From Eledone cirrhosa (lineage: Eukaryota): 64,000 bases of DNA. Positions 1-14,420 of this stretch are shown piece after piece. The stretch lies in assembly GCA_964016885.1 (NCBI GenBank), contig OZ024750.1:40176001-40240000 (forward strand), given 5' to 3'. Made by a program: the position numbers and the translations under genes. The notes below the pieces were generated by a model. It made no database searches, had not been told where the DNA came from, and worked only from the letters and a program-made list of their open reading frames with translations. How positions within the stretch are numbered: the first letter of the stretch is position 1; the number at the start of each line of letters is the position of its first letter.

Positions 1-619
1 ATTAGTTCGTATAAAAACCAGCCACTATATTGTAAATATCAGTATTCCTGAATGAGACACGTATCTATAATGTGTGAAAAGTAATGATCTTATGTCTAGT
101 TTTAAAAATTCATATGTTTATATGATAACTACAAACATCGATGTGAATTTACGTGATCAACTCTGCAAACCCCTATTTCACACGGAGAACATTCTCATTG
201 TGCTATAAAAATTTAAGTATACATATATGTGTATATATACACATATATATAGAGTCTATATTAATTTTAACAATACTATTCTTGTCTTTACTCTACATGA
301 TTATCTATCAAGCAGAAATAGAGAACAGATTTCAATATATTAATAAAAAATATCAGAAACAAAAACAAAAAATAATAATAATAATAATAATAATAAACAA
401 ATAAATAAAATAGAAAACTAAAAAATATTACATATTAAAAATAAAAATATTAAAAATATTAAAAAATATTAAAATAATAAAAATAAAAATAAAAACATAA
501 TAGAAACATAATATGCCACGCAAATCGACCACAAAGATCAACCCTTCAAAATTAATTGACAATATATTGCCAAGTTCATTATAAGCATCAGAGTCGAAAA
601 CAGATAAAGCTAAAAATTA
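1..619. repeat. Left arm of the inverted repeat (PLE 3' UTR), partner of 2536-3190
   Basis: Position 1 pairs with 3190 and 619 with 2536. The arms differ mainly in (AAT)n length. Confidence 0.97.
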
Positions 620-877
620 TTTACCAAATCGCGTCTAGCAGAAAACATTTCAAAAAGTTTAGGATGCCCATTTGGTCTACATATGTTCTTATATTTAATA
701 TAGAAGTGTATCTAGTGTAACGTTTATTCGATATATTTGGAGCATCAACTTTTAGGGTAGTTTAATTTTTCATGAAGAATGTTTAAATAAAAATAAAAAG
801 AAAAAGAAGAATAAAAAGAAGAAATCGAAAGATTTATCGGCTAGTTTCCCAAATAATTATAAATCAAACTAAATATA

Positions 878-2535
878 CTACATTTTAAATTTAAATTTAT
901 ATTTAAAAGTTGAGTTCAATCTATGTTTGCAGCAACTGAATAAATTTGTCCGTAGATTAAGGGAATTTTTAGATTTTAGTATAAAGAATATCTCCTCCGC
1001 GCAGAGGTCACATGTCTCAGAGGATGAATTAAAAGGAATCCCTCTTGAGACTATATTCCAAGCCGTCGAATATCTAACGTTATCTTGCCTAAGTTGCCAG
1101 AGTACGCCTGATAGTGCTGTTGAAGATTTTTTGCTTGGATCTGTGAAAGAATTCTTGTGGTTATTATAGCGAAGTTTAAATTCCGTCGATGTGGAACCGA
1201 CGTAGTTAAAAGAATTAGAGTCCGTTTTAACATTACAGTTGTATATTATATTTTTAACTAAGCAGTTGTTATTTAACGGACATTTAGATCTATCTCTACA
1301 GTTACATTTGTTAACTTGTATATTATTTATGCTATTATCGCTAGGTTTTAAGTTCCTATTATTTATTCTATTAATATTTTGTGCTAAATTTTTGGTGGAT
1401 GAGTAGGTTAATTTTATAGTATGTCTATTGAAAATTGAGTGATACCTATGTGTTCTAGGGAATCGATTATCAAGAGCTTTAAAAAATAGTTTAGCGATGT
1501 GGGTTTTAATGTTTAGTGAGAAAGAGGGGGCAAACCATATTATGTTCCTAGTTCTATTTCTTTTTTGGCTTTTGGAATTATTGTAATGCTTTCTATTATA
1601 GTTGTTAAGGTTGTGGCCGTAATTAAAATAGTTGTTATTTTGTTTAGTTTGTCTATCATTATCTATGTACATAATCTTATCACTATATCCTGCTCTAGCT
1701 AACGCTTCATTGTAGTACTGGGCTTTTTCGTCGAAAATCTTTCTATTAGACGAGATTCTAGAGATACGTTTTTGAACAGAGTTTACTATAGTGTTTTTGA
1801 CAGATCTGGGGTGGTTAGAGTTAAAGCTGACATAGTTTAAGTTTTCATTCAACTTGTGAAAAGGATAGTGAAGACATGTGTTGAGATTTAATGTTATATC
1901 TAGGAAATTGACTATTCTATGGTTGTTCTCAATTTCTATTTTTAGATTAAAGTAATTAAAAAATTGTGTAATTTGTTTTCTTTTTCTATTTAGTTCAGAG
2001 TTATTATTATCAATAAGTAAAAGCATGTCATCTCTATATAAACCTCCGGTAGTACCAGGTATTTTCCTATGTAGCGAATTGATTAAAAATAAGCCCACAA
2101 GGTCAGTTACCTGAGCTGAGTCGGATGATCCCATAGTAATGTCAAAATTGCTATCTCTATCTGCTCTGGTCCATAGTTGGTCATTAAATTCTATCAATGT
2201 TTTCCTAGCCGATAATATAATGTGCATTTCATTGCTAGTTAGGTCTGTATGATTTGAATGCGTAATTTAGTGCCTTATTTAGTAGATTAGGGGTAATAGA
2301 AGAATAATAGTTAGCAATATCAAGTTGAATAAACTTATTATTATTGTTATATTTAATTTGCTTAAACCACTCAACAACCTCTCCAGTTCCCTTCCACAAG
2401 CTCAGGTTAGGTAAACAATCCAAGTTTTTAATTTGCTGTATCACCCTGTCAAGAATGTTTTTGCTTAATTTGCCCAGGTCCGATTTTGATGGTGCGATCA
2501 ATCTAACTGGCAAGTCATTTTCAAAATTCCTTTTG
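878..2535 (-). pseudogene. PLE reverse transcriptase-GIY-YIG endonuclease polyprotein, N-truncated, one frameshift near 2256
   Basis: RT motifs RLIAPSKSDLGKLSK, FIQLDIANYYSSI, FDITMGS, GLYRDD, VNFLDITLNL. Linker CNCR..CPL..CL. Endonuclease IIY..YVGST..FKLRYNNH..CDLCAEE..LN. ORFs 2235-2513 and 878-2227 join if one base is removed at gcattcaaat (minus strand). Confidence 0.92.
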
Positions 2536-3963
<1,428 letters not shown>

Positions 3964-4421
3964 CATACATATATATATATATAGTAATAATAAAAATGTG
4001 AAGACAAAAATCCGAAGAGAGTTCGATAAGCAAAATATATATATGTATATAAATATATAAAACCGTAGAGCAAATATATATATATATATATATATATATA
4101 GGTAAGTTATTCCGGATTGAATCGGAGGTAACCACAGTAAGTAAGGTACTCAATACTGATTATTTCTAATCAGTAGAGATGAGATTCTACAGTTCTAGTC
4201 CTGTAGAATCTCATCTCTCTCTATATATATATAAATGTAATATTAAATATATTAGTATTATGTGCTTCTCAATAAACAAGCTCAATAGACTTTATCAAGA
4301 TCAGAAGATATATATATACAGTATATATCTAGAGAAGACAGTATAATGTATATATACTAAATACATATTACAGAGAAGAACATATACTTAAGATCATTCC
4401 ATCTTAAGTACTGTCTTCTCT

Positions 4422-4500
<79 letters not shown>

Positions 4501-4507
<7 letters not shown>

Positions 4508-5645
4508 GAATAATCGACGAGTATCGGAAAATCAGCTCACGAATTAACGATAAACAATATCCGATATGAGTGGCAGAGGGCTCAATAATTTGGATAAATC
4601 AGAGCTATAACTATCGTTAAATTACCATACATAGAGATTATGCCTAAAATCACCCGTGCAGCCGAAAAAGAACGACCAGGAAGATTCGGGTCACTCAAAT
4701 AAAATATCAATAAATCAATAATTTAAATGAATGTAAAAAACTTACCCGGACCCGCTAGAAGGGTGTTAAATCTATCTTCTTGGGTTTCTGCAATTCCTTA
4801 ATCCGTTCACTATCAGCCCACATAAAAATATATAAGACTTCTAGAGAAGGACTGGACCGGAAGAGCTTTATCAACGGGTTCCGTCCGATAATAAAGAAGT
4901 GACCTTTAGCCAGACACGCACATGGTGCCCAGCAAGGGAGATAACCTCTATATTAGCGAAAAAAATTTCGGTAATGTGGAAATCAAGTAGGAATACAAAA
5001 TATCACATATCGAATCAGAGTGCTCAATAGACATGCTAAAATAAACAGGAGCTATTCATCAGTCAATAGAATCGACAAAAAATGATCAATAAAATTAACT
5101 GGTCAATAGCTAGGTCTAGAGCTAAATATAATAGAATAATCGAGTATCGGAAAATCAGCTCACGAATTAACGATAAACAATATCCGATATGAGTGGCAGA
5201 GGGCTCAATAATTTGGATAAATCAGAGCTATAACTATCGTTAAATTACCAACACATAGAGATTATGCCTAAAATCACCCGTGCAGCCGAAAAAGAACGAC
5301 CAGGAAGATTCGGGTCACTCAAATAAAATATCAATAAATCAATAATTTAAATGAATGTAAAAAACTTACCCGGACCCGCTAGAAGGGTGTTAAATCTAGC
5401 TTCTTGGGTTTCTGCAATTCCTTAATCCGTTCACTATCAGCCCACATAAAAATATATAAGACTTCTAGAGTAGGACTGGACCGGAAGAGCTTTATCAACG
5501 GGTTCCGTTCGATAATAAAGAAGTGACCTTTAGCCAGACACGCACATGGTGCCCAGCAAGGGAGATAACCTCTATATTAGCGAAAAAAATTTCGGTAATG
5601 TGGAAATCAAGTAGGAATACAAAATATCACATATCGAATCAGAGT
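4501..5645 (+). repeat. Near-identical ~627 bp tandem duplication (1.8 copies), possibly a decayed PLE N-terminal region
   Basis: 4501-~5020 recurs at ~5128-5645 and the block is flanked by (TA)n. The protein resemblance (NVKNLP.P, KMINKINW, LDKS) is weak. Confidence 0.85.
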
Positions 5646-5679
5646 GGATGGTTAAGATTCAGTCATGGTAGTATATATA

Positions 5680-5742
<63 letters not shown>

Positions 5743-5750
<8 letters not shown>

Positions 5751-6005
5751 ATACTTTGGGAGGGTCATGTTGCCAATAAAAACCCACTCACCTGTTGGTT
5801 TTCAATTCAGTTTATTATAAATTTCCGGTTGGTTGGTTGGTTGGTTCGATAACCGGAAAGTTGTTTATATATTGCCAAACCTCTTTTGTCACACATTCTG
5901 TGACCTCCTCGGTGACTAGGTTTTTATTTTGTGCTTCTCCTTTCTTCTGTCCTACACCATTTTGTTTTTTATTGGCAACATGACCCTCCCAAAGTATAAC
6001 AATAT
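5743..6005. mobile_element. MITE with ~40 bp perfect terminal inverted repeats
   Basis: atattgttatactttgggagggtcatgttgccaataaaaa ... tttttattggcaacatgaccctcccaaagtataacaatat, inserted at (TA)n. Confidence 0.85.
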
Positions 6006-6061
6006 CTATTTCAACACGTTTTCAGATAAGAAATCTCGCAAAACAAAATTCAAAGACGAAT

Positions 6062-6305
<244 letters not shown>

Positions 6306-6334
6306 TGTATATATAGAAACATAATATAAGTTAT

Positions 6335-6626
6335 GTTGGTGCCACAACATCCAGGCCGAAACAAATGAGATCGTGTAGGTGTCACGACAAAAAACACACA
6401 GTCCACGCTGTAATGTGGCCGTGTAGGCAACACGGTAAAAACCTCCCAGACCCACACTGTAAATGTGGTTGGTGTTAGGAAGGGCATCCAGCTGTAGAAA
6501 ACCCGCCAGACAGTCCTATGCGAGCAAGACAATCACTCTTGCCTTAAGTGGGAAAACCCCCGTCCAAACCCATGCAAGCATGGAACACGGACGTTAAACG
6601 TTGATGATGATGATGATGATGATGAT
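6335..6626 (+). mobile_element. 3' part of an abundant cephalopod tRNA-derived SINE with a (GAT)n tail
   Basis: Motif ggttggtgttaggaagggcatccagctgtagaaa, then ccatgcaagcatggaa..cggacgttaaa and (gat)n. Reverse fragments lie at 29580-29770. Confidence 0.7.
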
Positions 6627-6962
6627 ATATATGTGTGTGTGTGTGTGCTGCTCGGATAATTTGATTAGGAAGACTTCATTTTGTTTATGTCCAACATGGA
6701 GTGTCTACAAGGAAACAGGAACAAACATCTGCTGTTTGTAATGTCTGACCGTGTGAGAGAAGTCAGTTAATCAACTCCACATTATACACGCTTTAAGGAA
6801 ATATACAGTAAATATATTCTTCTTTCGAAAACAATTCTCTTTACCAATTCAGACAGAAATAAAATTTCCCGTTTGAAATCAAATATCAGCGTTCTTCTTT
6901 TCAGTTATTTTGTTTCATATTACTTAGGTTGTTTCAGCAACTTGGTTTTAAAACTCTCAAAA

Positions 6963-7157
6963 ACACCAGTTAATTGGGTCATACCAAATATATCTTCTAC
7001 AACAACAATATCACCACTTAACTGGGTCATACCAAACATGTTTTCTACAACAATAACACCAGTTAATTGGGTCATACCAAATATATCTTCTACAACAACA
7101 ATATCACCACTTAACTGGGTCATACCAAACATGTCTTCTACAACAATAACACCAGTT
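6963..7157. repeat. Minisatellite, alternating 54/51 bp units (105 bp dimer x ~2)
   Basis: cacca(g/c)ttaa(t/c)tgggtcataccaaa... occurs four times. Confidence 0.9.
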
Positions 7158-7713
7158 CCTCTCTGTGAAGGGTTCCTCTCTGTGAAGGGTTCCTCTTTGT
7201 GAAGGGTTCCTCTCTGTGATGGGTTCCTCTCTGTGAAGGGTTCCTCTCTGTGATGGGTTCCTCTCTGTGAAGGGTTCCTCTCTGTGATGGGTTCCTCTCT
7301 GTGAAGGGTTCCTCTCCGTGATGGGTTCCTCTCTGTGATGGGTTCCTCTCTGTGAAGGGTTCCTCTCTGTGAAGGGTTCCTCTCTGTGATGGGTTCCTCT
7401 CTGTGAAGGGTTCCTCTCTGTGATGGGTTCCTCTCTGTGAAGGGTTCCTCTCCGTGATGGGTTCCTCTCTGTGATGGGTTCCTCTCTGTGAAGGGTTCCT
7501 CTCTGTGAAGGGTTCCTCTCTGTGAAGGGTTTCTCTCTGTGAAGGGTTCCTCTCTGTGATGGATTCCTCTCTGTGATGGGTTGCTCTCTGTGAAGGCTTC
7601 CTCTCTGTGATGGGTTCCTCCCTGTGATGGGTTCCTCTCTGTGAAGGGTTCCTCTCTGTGATGGGTTCCTCTCTGTGATGGATTCCTCTCTGTGATGGGT
7701 TCCTCTCTGTGAA
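7155..7713. repeat. 17 bp minisatellite gggttcctctctgtga(a/t), ~33 copies
   Basis: Direct tandem repeat. Confidence 0.97.
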
Positions 7714-7812
7714 GTGTTATAGGGGAAGTAAAGAAGTGTTATAGGGGAAGTAAGGAAGTGTTATAGGGGAGGTAAGGAAGTGGTATAGGGGAGGTAAGGA
7801 AGTATTATAGAG
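7711..7812. repeat. 22 bp minisatellite gaagtgttataggggaagtaag, ~4.5 copies
   Basis: Direct tandem repeat abutting the 17-mer array. Confidence 0.9.
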
Positions 7813-8559
7813 GAAGACTCGACCCCAATACTGGACTTGTACCTTTTTTATCGACCTCGAAAGGATGAAAGGTAAAGTTTACTTCGACAGGATTCGAATT
7901 CAGAGAAAGAGAAAGAGATGGGAGGGAGAGATGGTGAGAGGGGGGAGAGAGAGGGTGAGAGAGAGAGGGGGGACTGATAGAGAGAGAGAGAGATGGGGAG
8001 AGAGAGAGCGAGATATGGGGGGGGTGAGAGAGAGAGAGTGAGAGAGTGCGAAAGAGAGAGATGGAGAGGGTGAGAGAGATGGAGACGATGACAGTGGGAG
8101 TTCGGCTCTTCCATGTTGCGGACACATTGCACCTGTTATGTGGATCATGTGATATTTTCCTATATATTGATGTTAAAGAGTTCTCGTGTTACACTGGTCG
8201 TTCCTGTAAAGGTAGATCAAACAAAACATCAATTAAATCAACGTCACCTGTCTGCCAGGTCACGGAAAGGTCACGAGGCCGAGCCTTATTTTTTGACAAA
8301 CTAGAAGAAAGAATGGTATTTACCTGAAATGGTATTTCTGTGTCTGAGTTTCCTACACTTCCATGAACTTCATTATATTTTACTTTTGGGGGACGCACCA
8401 GATTAATCCTTTTTAAAAGGAAAGCACATGAAACCATCCTTTCTTCCTATGAGACAAAGCGGGTTATTTTAAAGTGCTTATATTTATTTAAAAACCTTAC
8501 ATCATAATTTTATTCAAGAACATCTAACAAGTTATGCTCCAAACACCAGATAAATAATT

Positions 8560-8925
8560 ATTTCTAATATTGGCACAAGGCCAGCATTTTTTTTCGAATG
8601 CACTGACCCCAGTATTAACTGGTTCTTTATTTTATCGACCCCGCAAGTACGACAAAATTGATTTTGGTGGGGTTTGAACTCAGAACGTAGAAAGTCGTAA
8701 CTAAATATCGTAAAGCATTCTATCCGACGCTCTCCAGATTCTGTCAAACGACTGCCATGAATAATGATTCCTGATTTAGACTCAAGACCAGCAAATTTTG
8801 GTGGGAAATGTAAGGTTGATTAAATCAATCCCAGTACTTGACTATTTCTGTATTTTATCGACCCCAGAAGGGTGAGAAATTAACTTTGGTGGGATTTAAG
8901 ACCAGAACATAAAAGGCCGTAACAA
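8560..8925 (-). mobile_element. Two diverged copies of the tRNA-derived SINE family typified by 41728-41910
   Basis: Both carry ggcacaaggccagca..cccagta..ttttatcgacccc..tttgaactcagaac motifs. Another fragment lies at 7820-7905. Confidence 0.7.
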
Positions 8926-9174
8926 AACTTAATAATAAGACAGTTAGTTATATTACTGTATGGTCCCTTAACTCCTGGTGGAGTCGTAGGGACGCCGTAG
9001 TGGCATACGACGTTTCTTGGGTATTTTTTAAACCTGACGGGAACCATTTCCTCTCCAGGTCTGAATACAGCAGATTTTTTTCACCGAGAACGATAGAAAG
9101 TGAGGGAAAGGAAATGAGAAAGAGATATAGAGATATAGAGGAAGAATCGACCCCAGTACTCGAAAGAATGAAAG

Positions 9175-9529
9175 CAACTTTTCCGTTAAAATCCTGTGGA
9201 TGGTGCTTCGGGAAACCTCAGGAACCAAAATGCAGAGACCATCCAGAGTGATCCGCCGATCTTTACGCATGTTTTCCTCGGAAGGGGACCTTACTTTTGG
9301 GATTGGCCTTGTATATAATAACTGCGCGAAATTCGCACTTGGCGGTAGCGTTCAACGAGAGCTCCATTCTCAATGGCTGCCAAGCCAAGATTGGGCATCC
9401 CAGCGAAGCGCGCGCATGCTTGTTTGGGAGTGAAGGAAGCACCAATCACAACAGTGTTGCCAACAGCCGTACGAACAGTTTCTCTGCGTCCCCATCGCTG
9501 TGGAGACCTTACTTTTGGGATTACCCTCG
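9175..9529 (-). mobile_element. Tc1/mariner relic (left TIR plus transposase fragments)
   Basis: TA|cgagggtaatcccaaaagtaagg TIR, N-terminal MELSLNATAKCEFRAVI, HTH segment RKDRRITLDGL...SRSTIHRILTEKL, and a second TIR-like copy at ~9287-9312. Confidence 0.8.
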
Positions 9530-9543
9530 TATATATATATATA

Positions 9544-9630
<87 letters not shown>

Positions 9631-9886
9631 AGAAATGCAATTTTTTATGAAACTTTATTTCATATTTGACTCGACAATTAGTCGACACTTCTTCATATAT
9701 GAGAGTTTACATGGGTGGTCCCATATTAACCTATATATATATATATGTATATATGTATATATATATATATGTATATATATAATTGAATATAAAAGAGAGA
9801 TAAACATATGAGCTATTTAATTGCAAGAGACTATTTTGTGTTTCTAACTCAATATATACCTTTGATATATATATATATATATATAT

Positions 9887-10002
9887 ATAGGAACCAGTAA
9901 GACCCCGACAGCTGAGCTCAAGCCGTTTCGACGGCTAATTCTGGACTGAATTAGCCGTCGAAACGGCTTGAGCTCAGCTGTCGGGGTCTTACTGGTTCCT
10001 AT
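9887..10002. repeat. Perfect 55 bp-arm palindrome (6 nt loop) containing the 3' half of a hammerhead ribozyme
   Basis: Arms 9887-9941 and 9948-10002, loop tggact. The right arm reads stem II'-GAAA-stem III (acggc/gctgt)-GUC. Confidence 0.9.
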
Positions 10003-10078
10003 TACCCACTCTACTACCTCAAGTATTGAGTACTTTGGTGCGTTATGGTCCACCTGGTTCCTTACCACATTTCCTTCG

Positions 10079-10114
<36 letters not shown>

Positions 10115-10120
<6 letters not shown>

Positions 10121-10207
10121 GAAGACATTTGCCAAAAGGTGTCCTGCAGGGGGTTTGAACCCAGCAGCAAGTGGTTACGAAACAAACTCCCTAACCACAC
10201 AGCCACA
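10115..10207 (-). mobile_element. SINE tRNA-like head plus CORE-like segment
   Basis: Minus strand has gtggctgtgtggtta (A box), gggttcaaacc (B box) and ggcaaatgtcttctactata. A similar plus-strand copy lies at ~28080-28190. Confidence 0.7.
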
Positions 10208-10907
10208 CAATCATGCTAGTGCCTACGTTAAATATTACAAAAGTAGTTCAGTTGTAATAGAACGTGATCGTGTCTTACTGTGAACATTGAACTCTCTGCT
10301 CTAATGCTGGTCTGTGTGTTCAGATGGTTTACTTAGCATTGTCTAGCTAAGTGAAAATGGAATGCATCTCCACCGAGTTTGATGAGTGTCCCAGTTAATA
10401 CGATCAACAGTACGGCTTGTTAAATTAAACTAACCTGCAAGTAGCAGAGCATTCCAAAAGCACGTGTATTTTTAACGTAAAAAAAAAAAAAAAAAAGCGA
10501 GGTGATTCAACGTGACAAATTGTGTAACAAGGCTGATGACCCTTTTGAATTACTGTTAAAGTTCGTCAAAACAGGCTTCCACATAGTCTTTGTCTACCAC
10601 GTTTCCCTCTCAAGGTTTAGTTTGAACTGAGGATATAGTAATGACACTTGCCGAAGATGTCACATACTGGGATCAAAACCGAGCCACTTCTCACCAGTTC
10701 AATCATACTGTGTCTTCAAAGATGGTGATAGCATGATGTTATATAGTATATTAATGTTTCGTGCTGGTATTTCTAGTGAGTTGCCCTCTCATGTTACTAT
10801 CAGAGTATTCATGTTTTGGGCGTACCACCCCTTCCACTCTCAAGCGTAAACCTAATACTAACACTTTGTACTGCATTCTTCGTTTTGTTTTTGTTTTCTG
10901 TTTTAAC

Positions 10908-10959
<52 letters not shown>

Positions 10960-11266
10960 ACTTAGAGTTTACACTCAATGGGGTCATTTACAATCATTTC
11001 AGCTCTAAGAATCGCTTCTGAGCAGAATAAATTAATATTTGATGAACATTTACATGTTTTAGTTGCAATTGACTAATAAAATCGTTAGAATGAAATATCT
11101 TAATTCAAATACATATAGTTTGCCTGTACGATCTAAAAAATAATAAATCAATACTCACAAATCCATATGGCCAAAAAGCCTTGGTACCTAGACACGTTTA
11201 AATTTCAAAATACAAACTTTTTCCGCAGATCGGTCAGAACTTCAAACTTTAAACATGTTTCACAAA

Positions 11267-11306
<40 letters not shown>

Positions 11307-11595
11307 ACAAATAACGAAACGAAATTAAATTTCGTTTCGTTTGTAACTCACTTTTGTATGACTGACGCTTTAACAATTAAGTTAAAAATGTACATCCACA
11401 TATGTATACTGAAATACTAGTATGCATATGAATACACACACGTATACATATGTAGATGTACCGAGTTTTTCACTGGTCACTTTACTGTGAGTGTCCAGCT
11501 ATTCTGTATGTAAACACACAGACAAACCGGTTTTTAGAGTCATACTGGTTTTTGAGGAAACACCTTTCCTCTATTCTCCAGAAAGCCAGACAAGG

Positions 11596-11640
11596 AATAT
11601 TGAACTAGTTTCGTTGTTGTTACAACTCATCAGCAATATT
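11596..11640 (-). ncRNA. Minimal type I hammerhead ribozyme, perfect consensus
   Basis: Minus strand: aatattg CTGATGA gttgt-aaca-acaac GAAA ctag T T caatatt. Stem I 7 bp, stem II 5 bp, palindromic stem III actagt, GUU site. Confidence 0.92.
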
Positions 11641-11800
11641 TACCTATCTTCCGGCCTTTCTAGAGAATCGTAAAAGCACATATCGTTATATGCTTTTTCT
11701 ATGAAAATTAGTAGTGGGCAGACTAATTTGCATAGAGCGTGAGTACGTACCGGTTCGACGGAGACGATAAAAACATATATATATATAACGTATATATAAC

Positions 11801-11847
<47 letters not shown>

Positions 11848-11939
11848 AATATAATTTCAGCGAGATCGTATTTCGGCGGAGGCCAAAAACGAAACGAAAC
11901 GCAATCTTCGAGATATGCGGCAAGCGCTCAATGGCCTAA

Positions 11940-13064
<1,125 letters not shown>

Positions 13065-13169
13065 TCGCGCGCTCCGTGAGCCGTTAAGCTAAGTGTAAAA
13101 AAAAAACACCGGAAAAAATCACAAAATAATCATTGTTGCTTCAGAAAGGTTGAAACGAAAATGGAACGC

Positions 13170-13888
13170 GCCTTAGATGAGCAATGAAAACACCTCTGTT
13201 TATCAGTGAAAATACACCTCTGGCCCTCAGCTGTCTGTTAGGCAGTGTCACCTTAGCTGAACAGTGAAAGCACACCCCAGGCCCTCAGCAGTCTGTTAGT
13301 TAGTGTCACCTTAGCTGAGCAGTGAAAACACACCTCAGGCCCTCATCAGTCTGTTAGTTAGTGTCACCTTAGCTGAGCAATGAAAACACACCTCAGACCC
13401 TCAACAGTCTGTTAGTTAGTGTCACCTTAGCTGAGCAGTGAAAACACACCTCCGGCCCTCAGCAGTTTGTTAGTTAGTGTCACCTTAGCTGAGCAGTGAA
13501 AACACACCTCAGGCCCTCAGCAGTTTGTTAGTTAGTGTCACCTTAGCTGAGCAGTGAAAACACACCTCAGGCCCTCAGCAGTCTGTTAGTTAGTGTCACC
13601 TTAGCTGAGCAGTGAAAACACACCCCAGGCCCTCAGCAGTCTGATAGTTAATTTCACCTTAGCTGAGCAGTGAAAACACACCTCAGGCCCTCAGCAGTCT
13701 GTTAGTTAGTGTCACCTTAGCTGAGCAGTGAAAACACACCTCAGGCCCTCAGCAGTCTGTTAGTTAGTGTCACCTTAGCTGAACAATGAAAACACACCCC
13801 AGGCCCTCAGCAGTCTGTTAGTCAGTCTCACCTTAGCTGAGCAGTGAAAACACACCTCAGGCCCTCAGAAGTCTGTTAGGCGGTGTCG
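13170..13888. repeat. 58 bp minisatellite, ~12 copies
   Basis: Unit gagcagtgaaaacacacctcaggccctcagcagtctgttagttagtgtcaccttagct. Confidence 0.97.
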
Positions 13889-14420
13889 ATTTTAAGACTA
13901 AGTCCACTTCTATAGATGAACTAGTATAGTTTTGTTTGTGGAAGTAAATATTGTTTCTACTTTTAGCAATTCCTCCAGTGCTTTTAACCCAGCAATTACC
14001 CACTGGTGCTTTATTTTATCGACCACGTAAGGATGAAAGGCAAAGTTAACCTTGGCGATACGGTGTGAAATTTTTTTATGATGAAAATAGTGGTAATGAA
14101 AGGAAGTAGACTAGAAAATATAAGTTGAAGCGCAAATGATATGAAGCATGAATTATTAGTTGGGTTATTAATTTAACCAAGCGTTTCTCTCGATATGCTC
14201 CAAATCACAACGGCACCACTGCTTAAATTAGATTACTTACAGTAGTCTCTTCAGCCATTCTCTTTTTATCAAGTCAACTTTAGCGGAATTTTAACTCAAT
14301 ATATTATACGAAACTAAATATGTTAAGGTATTGTTTCCGACATTCAATATAATTTATATCGATTTCTAACATTGATTGAGTATCACAATGTTTAATATTT
14401 AGGTATAGTCAATTGAAAGG

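Noticed and set aside
153-404. 83 aa ORF and its 95 aa mirror at 2751-3038
   Set aside because: Antisense to the PLE 3' UTR, GTG start, low complexity. It is duplicated only because of the inverted repeat.
878-2535. Selenocysteine recoding as in Naiad PLEs
   Set aside because: No in-frame TGA in the ORF. The break is a frameshift ending in TAG.
13170-13888. CRISPR-like appearance of this and the other tandem arrays
   Set aside because: No unique spacers, no cas genes, and a eukaryotic context.
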